A stretch of 64,000 bases of DNA from Alphaproteobacteria bacterium (lineage in GTDB: Bacteria; Pseudomonadota; Alphaproteobacteria; GCA-2731375): assembly GCA_965225945.1 (NCBI GenBank), contig CBDDBZ010000035.1, positions 32,001-96,000 of the forward strand, in the 5' to 3' direction. Below the pieces are notes generated by a model. The model saw only the letters and a program-made list of their open reading frames with translations, did no database searches and was not told the DNA's origin. A program made the position numbers and the translations under genes. Positions within the stretch are counted from its first letter, which is position 1; every line of letters starts with the position of its first letter. This document shows, piece after piece, positions 21,902-30,736 of the stretch.

Positions 21902-21946
21902 CTCATAACCTGAAGGTCGTTGGTTCGAATCCAACCCCCGCAACCA
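21902..21946 (+). other. att site: 3' half of tRNA-fMet (not a complete tRNA)
   Basis: CTCATAA anticodon loop, T-arm GTTGG-TTCGAAT-CCAAC, CCGCAACCA end; upstream sequence has no D-arm or 5' acceptor strand. Confidence 0.88.
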
Positions 21947-21954
21947 ATCAAAAC

Positions 21955-21988
21955 AAGGGCTTGGAGGTTATTTTCCAAGCCCTTTTTG
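21955..21988 (+). terminator. Rho-independent terminator of the original tRNA locus
   Basis: AAGGGCTTGGA...TCCAAGCCCTT followed by a T-run. Confidence 0.7.
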
Positions 21989-22124
21989 CCGTTTGTCCAG
22001 ACCTCCGTCAATAATCTGATCATCATGACCCTTATTGCTGGGCCTTTGCGCGCCTCGCGATGTTTCGGCACGCGCCAAATCTTCCAACGACGGTGACGGG
22101 TCAGCGTTTCCATGGGACGGAGGG

Positions 22125-22463
22125 CTAGAGATCCAAATGGACGGCGACGGCGGCGCTGGCGAGGATGGCCACGCCCTCGCCCTCGTCCTCCGGCACGTCG
22201 AGGCCCCCCTTCTCGACTGCCACCGTGACCCGGCCGTGGGGAAGCGCCGCCTTCACCTGTTCAGCCTCGACCCGCTCCGGGCGCTGGACACCGATGGTGA
22301 CGTGGACTTGCATGCCTGCCGCATCGATCCCGAGGCTCCGGAGCAGGCTGAGGGAGCTGTGACGGAGCGCGTCCTCGACGGCGCGCATCGCCGCCTTGGT
22401 GTAGTCGCCGCCGTGCAGGTTGTTGCCGGCGCCGAGCTCCAAGATGATTCGCTTCGCGGTCAC
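22125..22463 (-). CDS. Lin0512-family protein
   Basis: IILELGAGNNLHGGDYTKAAMRAVEDALRHSSL; GTG start overlaps the upstream stop. Confidence 0.85.
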   Translation of the reverse strand: MTAKRIILELGAGNNLHGGDYTKAAMRAVEDALRHSSLSLLRSLGIDAAGMQVHVTIGVQRPERVEAEQVKAALPHGRVTVAVEKGGLDVPEDEGEGVAILASAAVAVHLDL

Positions 22464-22816
22464 GGGCGAACTCCTTCCTCGAAGTCGAGGCGGACGATCG
22501 CGGCGGCGTTGGCGATCACCGTGGTGTCGGTGCCGGTGGCGTTCGCGACCTCGAGCCCGCCTTCTTCGACAATTACCGTGCCCCGGCCGTGCGGCAGCAG
22601 GGCCAGGATCCGCGCTGGCTCGACCTCCTCCGGCCGGGGGACGCCGATGCGAACCTCGACCTCCATGGCGTCGGCCGAGAGGCCGAACGCGCCCGCCACC
22701 GTGAGCGAGTTGTGCCAGAGCGCGTCGCGCAGCGCCCGCGCGGCCGCCTTGCCACAATCGCCGCCCCGGATGTCGGTGCCCATGCCGAACTCCACCACCA
22801 TGCGTTTGAGTGCCAT
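22460..22816 (-). CDS. Lin0512-family protein
   Basis: VVEFGMGTDIRGGD..KAAARALRDALWHNSL; GAGGAGGAG RBS. Confidence 0.85.
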   Translation of the reverse strand: MALKRMVVEFGMGTDIRGGDCGKAAARALRDALWHNSLTVAGAFGLSADAMEVEVRIGVPRPEEVEPARILALLPHGRGTVIVEEGGLEVANATGTDTTVIANAAAIVRLDFEEGVRP

Positions 22817-22933
22817 CCGCGCGTCTCCTCCTCCTCGCCGTCTGTTGGGGCCGATGCTACACCGGTTTCGCCGCCCCCGCGCATCCTCTACGATCGCCAC
22901 CATCGACGAGACGTTATGCGCGGGAGGGGACCG

Positions 22934-23968
22934 ATGGCGGCGGAATCGACGAACAGGGACTGGCTGGACCAGGTGGTCGAGGAGACGCTCGAGCCGGCGC
23001 TACGAATCATCGATCCGCACCACCATCTCTGGGAGTTCCGCCCCGACCGGGTGGCACACCGCTATCTCTTGGACGAGCTGCTGGAGGACATCAATTGCGG
23101 CCATAACGTGGTCGCCACGGTCTTTATCGAATGCGGCGCCATGTACCGCCAGGACGGACCCGAAGAGCTGCGGGTCGTCGGCGAGACCGATTTCGTGAAC
23201 GGCGTCGCGGCGATGAGCGCCTCCGGCCTCTACGGCCCTGCCCGGGTCGCGGCCGGCATCGTCGGTCGCGCCGACCTCTCGGCCGGGAGCCGGGTGGGCG
23301 AGGTGCTGGACGCGCATGTGGCGGCTGGCGGCGGGCGCTTTCGTGGTATCCGCCATCAGACCACCTGGCACGAAAGCCCCGAGATCCCGAACGGCCGCAA
23401 CGATCCGCCCGAACACGTCATGCTCGATGCGACCTTCCGCGAAGGCTTCGCCGAGCTGGCGCCACGCGAGTTGAGCTTCGAGGCCTGGTGCTATCACACC
23501 CAGATCGCCGAGCTGACCGATCTCGCCCGCGCCTTTCCCGACACCACGATCATCCTGAACCACTTCGGCGGCCCCCTCGGCATCGGCCCGCACGCCGGGC
23601 GGCAAGAGGAGATCTTCCCCCAATGGCGGAAACGGGTGAGCGAACTGGCGACCTGCCCCAACGTCGTCGCCAAGCTCGGCGGCCTCAACATGGAGCTGAA
23701 CGGCTTCGCCTGGCACGAGCGCGCTTCCCCGCCCGGAGCCGAGGAATTGATGCGGGCGACGCGGGCCTATTTTGAACACGCACTCGAGGTCTTCGGTGCG
23801 AATCGCTGCCTGTTCGAATCGAATTTTCCCGTCGATATGGTGAGCTGTAGCTACAACGTGCTGTGGAATTCCTTCAAACGCCTGGTCGCCGACGCGAGCG
23901 CCGAGGAGAAGGCGCGGCTGTTCCACGACACCGCGCACCGGGTCTACCGCCTCGACGACATCGAGTGA
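22934..23968 (+). CDS. Amidohydrolase_2 family protein
   Basis: IIDPHHHLW, ILNHFGGP, FESNFPVD. Confidence 0.9.
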   Translation: MAAESTNRDWLDQVVEETLEPALRIIDPHHHLWEFRPDRVAHRYLLDELLEDINCGHNVVATVFIECGAMYRQDGPEELRVVGETDFVNGVAAMSASGLYGPARVAAGIVGRADLSAGSRVGEVLDAHVAAGGGRFRGIRHQTTWHESPEIPNGRNDPPEHVMLDATFREGFAELAPRELSFEAWCYHTQIAELTDLARAFPDTTIILNHFGGPLGIGPHAGRQEEIFPQWRKRVSELATCPNVVAKLGGLNMELNGFAWHERASPPGAEELMRATRAYFEHALEVFGANRCLFESNFPVDMVSCSYNVLWNSFKRLVADASAEEKARLFHDTAHRVYRLDDIE

Positions 23969-23988
23969 CACCTAGGAGAGAACCCGAG

Positions 23989-24603
23989 ATGATTTTGGTT
24001 GGCCGTAGCGTTTCGCCCTTCGTTCGCCGCACCGTGGTCGTACTGAAGCTCCTGGGCCGCGAATACGAGGAACTCCACCTCTCCACCGCCGACGACCTGG
24101 AGGCGATCTTGGAGAAGAACCCGGTCGGCCGGGTACCGGCACTGATCCTCGACGACGGCGAGACCATCGTCGACAGCCAGGCGATCATCGAGCATCTGCT
24201 GGAGGAAGCGGGGCAGGATAACGGATTAATGCCGCCAACCGGTGCCGCGCGCCGCCGGGTTCGCAATCATTCCGCGATCGCGCTCGGCGCCATGGAGAAG
24301 GGCGTCGCCTCCTCCTACGAGCGCAACCGGCGGCCCAAGGACAAGATTTTCGAGGGCTGGGTCGAACGCGTCGACAGCCAGTCCGCCTCGGCCCTCGCCG
24401 CGCTCGAAGCGGCGGCGAGCGGTCGCGAATGGCTTGCGGGCGATGCCATGACGCTGGCCGACATCGACGCGGCGATCGCCTATCAGTACATCGAGACCTC
24501 CGCCCCCTACCAGACGGAGGGCGACCGCTATCCGGCGCTCGCCGCCCTGGTCGCCCGCATGAAGCAGATCCCCGCCTACGCCGAAAGCCGCTGGCAAGGC
24601 TGA
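23989..24603 (+). CDS. Glutathione S-transferase family protein
   Basis: SPFVRR, NPVGRVPAL, DSQAI, TLADI. Confidence 0.9.
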   Translation: MILVGRSVSPFVRRTVVVLKLLGREYEELHLSTADDLEAILEKNPVGRVPALILDDGETIVDSQAIIEHLLEEAGQDNGLMPPTGAARRRVRNHSAIALGAMEKGVASSYERNRRPKDKIFEGWVERVDSQSASALAALEAAASGREWLAGDAMTLADIDAAIAYQYIETSAPYQTEGDRYPALAALVARMKQIPAYAESRWQG

Positions 24604-24614
24604 GCGGCGCCCCC

Positions 24615-26342
24615 TCAGGCGGTCGCGCCGAGCGGACCCTTCAGCACCGTGCCGGGCGTCGCCCCGGTGCTCTCGCCGTCGGCCATCGTCACTCGACCGT
24701 TGACCACGGTCCAGGCGATGCCGTCGGCCTTCTGCACCAGGCGCCGGGCGCCGCCGGGAAGATCCGTCTCCACCGTCGGCAGGCGCGGGCGCACGTTTTC
24801 CTCGTCGAACACCACCACGTCGGCGGCATAACCGGTCCGCAGAAGGCCCCGGTCCGGCAACTCCCAGGCCGATGCGTTGTCGAAGCTCAGCATCCGGACC
24901 GCCTCTTCCAGGGTGAACGCCTGCTTGTCGCGGACCCAATAGCTCAACATGTGGGTCTGCAGCGAGGCCCCCATCTCCTGGCAGACGTGGGCGCCGGAAT
25001 CGGAGAAGGTGGCGAGCGTGCGCGGGTGCCTGAGCATGCCCAGCACGTCCGCCGGCTTGTCGTTCACCAGCGGCTGCACGAAGACCTGATCCTCGTTCTC
25101 CAGCACCAGATCGATCATCACCTCGACCGGGTGCTGGTTGCGCCCGCGCGAGAGCTCCTCGATCGAGGGATCGTCCCAGTTGACGTCGAACATCGCATGG
25201 AGCTTGGTATAGTCCGGCTTCCTCGGATCCGTGGTCGCCGCGCCGCCGCCCTGAAATACGCCCGCCTCCTTGGGCCGCATCTCCGCCTCCGCGGCGACCA
25301 GACGGCTCCGCGTCTCCGGCTCGGCGAGGCGGCGCTTTTGTTCCGCCAAGGGCAGCTCGCGGATCTCGCGCCAGGCCGGCAGCACGTCGAAGGGCAGATA
25401 GGACTTCAAGGTGAAGAGCGCGTTGATCGCGCGGGTCGTGGTCTGCCCGTACATCCGCCCGCCCTTGGCCACCGTGTCGTCGATATAGTCGAGCTGGTAT
25501 TGCCAGTGATTAGGTTCAATCCCCTGCTCGGTCGAGATCGTGCCGAACATCACCGGCCGACCGCTCGCGAGCGCCACCTCCCGCAATTCGTCGAGAAACT
25601 CGCGTTGCGCCTCGCCGCCGGAGACGTCCGGGCCGATCTGGAAGATGCCGGCGTTGAGTTCGGCCATCTGGTTCACCAGATGGCCGAGTTCGCGCCACTC
25701 GGCGATACGGCTCGCCACCGGGCTCTGGTCCGGCGTGAGGTGGGTCGTCGCCCGCGAGGTGGAAAAGCCCATGGCACCGGCCCGTACCGCCTCGGCGACC
25801 GTCCTGCCCATGACCTCGAGGTCGTCGTCGGTGGCGGCCTCGCTGAGCGCCCGCTCGCCCATGACATACATGCGCAGCGCCGAGTGGCCGATATAGGCGC
25901 CGTAATTGATCCCCTTGGGCAGGCTCTCGACCTTGGCCAGATATTCCGGGAAGCTCTCCCAGGTCCAATCGATCCCCGCCATCATCGCACTTGTCGGGAT
26001 ATCCTCCACCGCCTCCAGGCAACGGGCGAACCATTCCTTCTGGTCCGGCGGGCAGGGGGCGAGGGCAAAACCGCAGTTGCCCATGATCACGCTGGTGACG
26101 CCGTGCCAGCAGGAACAACTGCCGAGCGGATCCCAGGCGACCTGCGCGTCCATGTGGGTGTGGCCGTCGATGAAGCCGGGCGCGACGATCAGCCCGTCGG
26201 CATCGAGCGTCTGCTGGGCCGGCGCGCGAATGCGGCCGATCTCGACGATGCGGCCGTTCTTGATTCCGACGTCGGCCTGATAGCGCGCCGCGCCCGAACC
26301 GTCCACGACCGTGCCGTTCCTGAGCACCAAATCCAAAGTCAT
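24615..26342 (-). CDS. N-acyl-D-amino-acid deacylase-like amidohydrolase
   Basis: VAPGFIDGHTHMD, HGVTSVIMGNCG, SDSGAH, RGLL..GYAADVVVFD. Confidence 0.88.
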   Translation of the reverse strand: MTLDLVLRNGTVVDGSGAARYQADVGIKNGRIVEIGRIRAPAQQTLDADGLIVAPGFIDGHTHMDAQVAWDPLGSCSCWHGVTSVIMGNCGFALAPCPPDQKEWFARCLEAVEDIPTSAMMAGIDWTWESFPEYLAKVESLPKGINYGAYIGHSALRMYVMGERALSEAATDDDLEVMGRTVAEAVRAGAMGFSTSRATTHLTPDQSPVASRIAEWRELGHLVNQMAELNAGIFQIGPDVSGGEAQREFLDELREVALASGRPVMFGTISTEQGIEPNHWQYQLDYIDDTVAKGGRMYGQTTTRAINALFTLKSYLPFDVLPAWREIRELPLAEQKRRLAEPETRSRLVAAEAEMRPKEAGVFQGGGAATTDPRKPDYTKLHAMFDVNWDDPSIEELSRGRNQHPVEVMIDLVLENEDQVFVQPLVNDKPADVLGMLRHPRTLATFSDSGAHVCQEMGASLQTHMLSYWVRDKQAFTLEEAVRMLSFDNASAWELPDRGLLRTGYAADVVVFDEENVRPRLPTVETDLPGGARRLVQKADGIAWTVVNGRVTMADGESTGATPGTVLKGPLGATA

Positions 26343-26379
26343 TATCAAATCTCCCTTCCCCTCCCCGGCCGCCTCGGGC

Positions 26380-27906
26380 TCAGCCCAGGCGCACCACGAT
26401 CGCATGTTCGCCGACGGTGGTCGAGATCTCAATCTCTCCGTCGACCGCGCGCCAATCCTCCGAGCGTTCACCGTCGATCTCGACGACCGCGCCCTCCGGC
26501 CGGACTTTGCTCACTCGGAACGAGGTCGCCTCGCCCGCCGCCCCCGGCCGGCCGGCGTCGGTGGCGATCGCCAAGAGGCGGCGTTCGGCATCGTAACTGG
26601 CCTGCGAGAGGCAGACCTTCGGGAAGTCGACGCCATACACCGTCGGCTCCACGAGCTTGGTGAAATTGGGCCGGTTGAAGAGGTTCCACCAGGCGCCCTC
26701 GCCGCTCAGTTCCGCCATGGCGGCGGCGCCGTTCAACTGTCCGCGAGGGTGCGCTTCACCGAGGACGAAGCCCCAAGTGAACTCCCCCGTGGCTTCGTCC
26801 CAGGTCGGCTCGTGATGGGCTTCCGAATAAGCCTTGAGCTTGGCGTAGAGCACCTCCTCGCCGTATTCCCGGGCGAGCACGATGCCGTAGAGCGTGTCGA
26901 AGTCGCTGAGCCCGGTATCGGCGGTGTCGGCCGCAATCGGCTCCGGTCCGCGCCATTTCAACTCGTCGATCACCGTCTCGAAAAGCGCGCGTGCATCGTC
27001 CGGCCGCCGGGGTCCGACGAACTGCGCGAGCGAGAGCTTCATGAAGCTCTCGTGATCGCCCGGGTGCTTCACCGGGATCAGCGGATCGTAATACATGGTG
27101 AAGGATCCAGCGAGCCTACCGTCACGAATCGGCACATAGTGCGTCTTGCAGTATTCCCACCAAAGGTCATGGACGCGGGTATAATCGCTGCCGTAGAGGA
27201 GATCGTGGAGGCTCAGACCGAGCCCCGCACGGGCCATTCATATAGGCCAGATCTTGGTGTTCTCGCAGTGGCAGCCCTCCGGCCGGGCGGCGATCTGGTC
27301 GGCCAGATGGCGTGCGATGCGCGAGTGCGTCCAGCTGAAGGTGTTCTCGCCGTCGCGTACCATCTCGAAAGGTTGGTTCCACTTCTCGTCGCCGGTGACG
27401 TAGAGGTGGAAGCCCATCGTGAGCACGATGTCGGCCTTGAAGAAGAGATTTCCCTGGGCACCGATCGGATCCATCTCCAGGCCCCAGGGCGCGACACCGT
27501 TCGCGGTCCAGCCCGGTACGTCGTAACGCCCGATCAGCGCCGGTGGGATCATGTGGTGCCATTCCTCGGGATACTGCTCGCGCCTCGGGTCCGCGCCGAT
27601 CTGGTCGAGCCAGTCCTTGGCCGCCCAATAGCCGGTGTAGCGGAAGCAGAATTCGTCGAGGATGCGGCCGTATACCTCCCGCCAAGCGGGCGTCTTGTCG
27701 GCCATCAGGGCCATGCCGAAGCCGGATTGCAGCAGATCGAAGCGATGCCAGGAGCGTCGCGGCTCGCCCGTGACGCCGTCCCAATGGGGGTGCGGCTCGC
27801 CGTCCTTGTCCCAGCTGTCGGGCGTCGTCGCCTTGCGATAAAGGTACCTGAGCCAGCCACGAGATCGATCCGACGTGGCGGGATAGCCGCGCACGCTAGC
27901 GCCCAT
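26380..27906 (-). CDS. Linalool dehydratase/isomerase-like protein, 508 aa, with in-frame UGA at codon 223 (probable selenocysteine)
   Basis: ORFs 27238-27906 and 26380-27237 are contiguous in one frame; DPIGAQGNLFFKAD...YVTGDEKW and CENTKIWPI-UGA parallel LinD DPIEKENIMYKGH...LVTG and CEPDNYFVQC (recalled); strong RBS before ATG 27906. Confidence 0.8.
27205..27230 (-). promoter_or_regulatory. Candidate bacterial SECIS element
   Basis: mRNA UGA-AUGGCCC-GUGCGGGGCUC-GGUCU-GAGCCUCCAC forms a hairpin; the G-leading loop begins 18 nt after UGA. Confidence 0.75.
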
Positions 27907-28022
27907 TTCTTCCCCCCTCCCATGAACTCTCCAGACGCGAGGAGGCGCCCGTCGTCTCCCCGGCCGCGGCATTTTAGCAAGAGCCGATGGCGATGGCGAG
28001 TTCGACGCTTTCGGCGCGCCAC

Positions 28023-29078
28023 TCAACCGGCGGCGCGGAACCCCGCGTCGGAGACGTCGCGCTCGCCGACGACGCGGTTGCGGCCGGTCTCCTTGGCCCG
28101 GTAGAGCCCGGCGTCGGCCCGATTGATCAGCTCGGAGAGCGCCTCGCCGAGGCGGTATTGGGCAACGCCGAAGGAAAGCGTGACACTGCCGTAGCTCTCC
28201 CCGGACTTGGTGCTCTTCAACTCGGCCCGGTTCAACCGCTGGCGGAGCTTTTCGGCGACGATCATGGCATCGTCCAGCGCCGTGTTCGGCAATATCACCG
28301 CGAATTCCTCGCCGCCGTAGCGGGCCGGAAGGTCCTGGCCCTTGACGCCGTCCTTGAGCGTGCGGGCGACGATACGCAGGACCGAATCTCCGACCGAATG
28401 ACCGTAGGTGTCGTTGAAGGCCTTGAAGCCGTCGATGGCCAAGAGAAAGAGCGTCAAGGGGCTGCCGTGCTCCATCGCTTGCGCCGCCTCCTCGCGCAGG
28501 CGCTGGTCGAAGCATTTGCGGTTGGCGATACCGGTGAGTGCGTCGGTCATCGCCTCGACCTGGACCCTGCTCAGGTTATGACGCAGCTCCTCGATCTCCC
28601 GGGTCGCCGCCACCAGCTCGTTCTCCAGTTCGCGGCTCCGGCGCACCGCGTCCTCCGTCTCGCGCCGCATCTCGCGAACCACGGCATCGAGGTCATCGGC
28701 TTCCGCGGAAACGAGGTCGCTCGAATAGCCGGCGAGCTTGCGACCGTAGTCACTGTTGTCGGAGCCGGCTTGCTCGACGCTCCGAATGACCCGGCCGATC
28801 TGGTGTTTCAGCGCGATGCTGGTGTCGGCGACCTCGCTGGCTTCGTCGCTCGTCGTGAAGAACCGCGTGTAGATCTGCTCATTCCGCTCCGGGGTGAAGA
28901 GTGCCCCGTCGGAAATCAGGACATCCAGCGCCTTCCTGAGTTCGCCCCGCGCATCCCGGCAATACTCGTACCAGACCAGAAAGTTCGATGGTATCGCCGG
29001 GACCTCGTGCCGAGCCATGAGCTGGAAGGCCTCGTCCGAGAATTGCTTCGCCCGCTCGAGGCCTTCCATATGATACAT
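28023..29078 (-). CDS. Diguanylate cyclase (helical N-domain plus GGDEF)
   Basis: TDALTGIANRK, FKAFNDTYGH, RYGGEEF. Confidence 0.9.
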   Translation of the reverse strand: MYHMEGLERAKQFSDEAFQLMARHEVPAIPSNFLVWYEYCRDARGELRKALDVLISDGALFTPERNEQIYTRFFTTSDEASEVADTSIALKHQIGRVIRSVEQAGSDNSDYGRKLAGYSSDLVSAEADDLDAVVREMRRETEDAVRRSRELENELVAATREIEELRHNLSRVQVEAMTDALTGIANRKCFDQRLREEAAQAMEHGSPLTLFLLAIDGFKAFNDTYGHSVGDSVLRIVARTLKDGVKGQDLPARYGGEEFAVILPNTALDDAMIVAEKLRQRLNRAELKSTKSGESYGSVTLSFGVAQYRLGEALSELINRADAGLYRAKETGRNRVVGERDVSDAGFRAAG

Positions 29079-29346
29079 GGCGGTGCTCTTCCCCTCCGGG
29101 CGAGGCCGTCCGCAAACCGGCCAATTGACGCCGGGCCGCAAGGGCCGCCGGCACCAAGAATATGCGCCGGATTTGTTTCGCGAGCATTAACGAGGCGCCC
29201 GGTTCATCCCGATTCGGCCGCTTCCCACATCGGACCGCGCTCTTGTCCAGGTCACGGTGCGGGCTATCCTGACACCCGGCTGAGTCGGACCCGATTTCCT
29301 TGGACACAGAATTGGCTTAATCGAAGTGTCCAAGGAGGACCGGAAC

Positions 29347-29757
29347 ATGACCGACAATTTTGAGAACAAAGTTGCTGTTGATGGGCCTGTGGTAAACGAG
29401 GGCGAGCTTGGCTCGTCCACGTTTTCCCCGGGCCAGGTTTCGCCGGCAGGCCCGCTGGGACTTGGCCAGCGGTGGACGGTGACGCGCAAGCGTGAGGTTG
29501 CCCTGCGGCTTTTGCGTGGCGAGCCGGTGGAACTTTTGTCGCGGCAGTTGGGCGTGGAGATTTTCCGGCTCGAGCAGTGGCGTGAGAAGGCGATCGCCGG
29601 GATCGATGCCTCGCTCAAGGAACGCAAGGGCGATCCGGTAAAGGCGGAACTGGACATCGCCATGAAGCGGATCGGGGAGTTGATCATGCAGGTGGAACTG
29701 CTGGAGGCCAAGACGGAGACGTCCGGCCCTTTGGGGCGGCGGAGGTCGCGGCGATGA
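29347..29757 (+). CDS. Transposase OrfA (HTH plus coiled coil)
   Basis: RWTVTRKREVALRLLRGEPVELLSRQLGV; ATGA overlap with orfB. Confidence 0.8.
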   Translation: MTDNFENKVAVDGPVVNEGELGSSTFSPGQVSPAGPLGLGQRWTVTRKREVALRLLRGEPVELLSRQLGVEIFRLEQWREKAIAGIDASLKERKGDPVKAELDIAMKRIGELIMQVELLEAKTETSGPLGRRRSRR

Positions 29758-30665
29758 GTGCCGCCACCTCTCCCGGCACGGGTTTGGCCTACGGCCTCCA
29801 GCGGGTCTGTGCGGCCTGGGGTTTTGCCCGTTCCTCGTTCTACGCCATGAAATCCCGGCAGCAGGCCACCGCTGAGCGCCCACCAGCAAAGCGCCGGGGA
29901 CCGAAGCCCTCGATCTCGGACGAGGCTCTGCTGGTGGCCATCGAGGCCGACCTGGAGGCATCCCCCTGGGAGGGCGAGGGACACCGCAAGGTCTGGGCTC
30001 GGCTTCGGGTCTGTCGTGGCATCCGTGTTTCCCGCAAGCGGGTGCTCCGGGTGATGCGCGAGAACAACCTGCTCTCGCCCCATCGCTGCCGCCGCCGTGG
30101 CGGAAATCCCCATGTCGGTGAGATCATCACCCATGCCCCCAACCTCATGTGGGGCACGGACGGCGTTCGGGTGTTCACGGTGGACGACGGCTGGGGCTGG
30201 ATATTCACCGCCATCGAGCATTGGAACGCCGAGTGCGTCGGCTGGCATGTGTGCAAGCGAGGCGACCGCTTCGCCGCCCTTCAGCCGATCTCCATGGGGC
30301 TTGCGAGGCTGTATGCCTCGACCTCCGCCGGTGCGGCGCGGGGGCTGGCCTTGCGGATGGATCACGGCTCCCAGTATCTGTCGGACCACTTCACCAACCA
30401 GATCAAGTTCTGGGGCATCCAGCCGTCCTACGCCTTCGTCGAACAGCCCCAGACCAACGGCGTCGCCGAGAGGTTCAATCGCACGCTCAAGGAACAGATC
30501 ATCCATGGCCGCATCTACCGCAACATCGCGGAGCTGCGGAACGCCGTCCGCGGGTTCGTCGAACAGTACAATGCCCAGTGGATCGTGGAGAAGAACGGCT
30601 ACCTGAGCCCCGCTCAAGCTCGTCAGGCGTGGCACACCGCGATGTCACTCAGGCCCGCCGCATGA
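29754..30665 (+). CDS. Transposase OrfB (rve DDE core)
   Basis: WGTDG, MDHGSQY, NGVAERFNRTLKE. Confidence 0.9.
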   Translation: MSAATSPGTGLAYGLQRVCAAWGFARSSFYAMKSRQQATAERPPAKRRGPKPSISDEALLVAIEADLEASPWEGEGHRKVWARLRVCRGIRVSRKRVLRVMRENNLLSPHRCRRRGGNPHVGEIITHAPNLMWGTDGVRVFTVDDGWGWIFTAIEHWNAECVGWHVCKRGDRFAALQPISMGLARLYASTSAGAARGLALRMDHGSQYLSDHFTNQIKFWGIQPSYAFVEQPQTNGVAERFNRTLKEQIIHGRIYRNIAELRNAVRGFVEQYNAQWIVEKNGYLSPAQARQAWHTAMSLRPAA

Positions 30666-30736
30666 GACAAACTTGTGTCCAAGGAACCGGGTGCGATACA
30701 TCCTGACACCCGGCGAAGTTGAACGGGAGCAATGCG

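Larger units (their letters stand above)
29281..30700 (+). mobile_element. IS3/IS481-like element with 14-bp target duplication
   Basis: TG...CA ends with IR core TTCCTTGGACACA / TGTGTCCAAGGAA; TCCTGACACCCGGC at 29267-29280 and 30701-30714. Confidence 0.9.

Noticed and set aside
21860-21946. Complete tRNA-Met gene
   Set aside because: Only the anticodon loop through CCA is present; there is no 5' acceptor strand or D-arm, so it is an att duplication.
24429-28104. Long plus-strand ORFs (744 aa, 597 aa) and similar antisense ORFs elsewhere
   Set aside because: These are shadow frames of real high-GC genes and contain no motifs.
27907-28515. N-terminal extension of the LinD-like ORF as given in the ORF track
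   Set aside because: It overlaps the GGDEF gene in another frame and is Arg/Pro-rich noise; the strong RBS is before ATG 27906.
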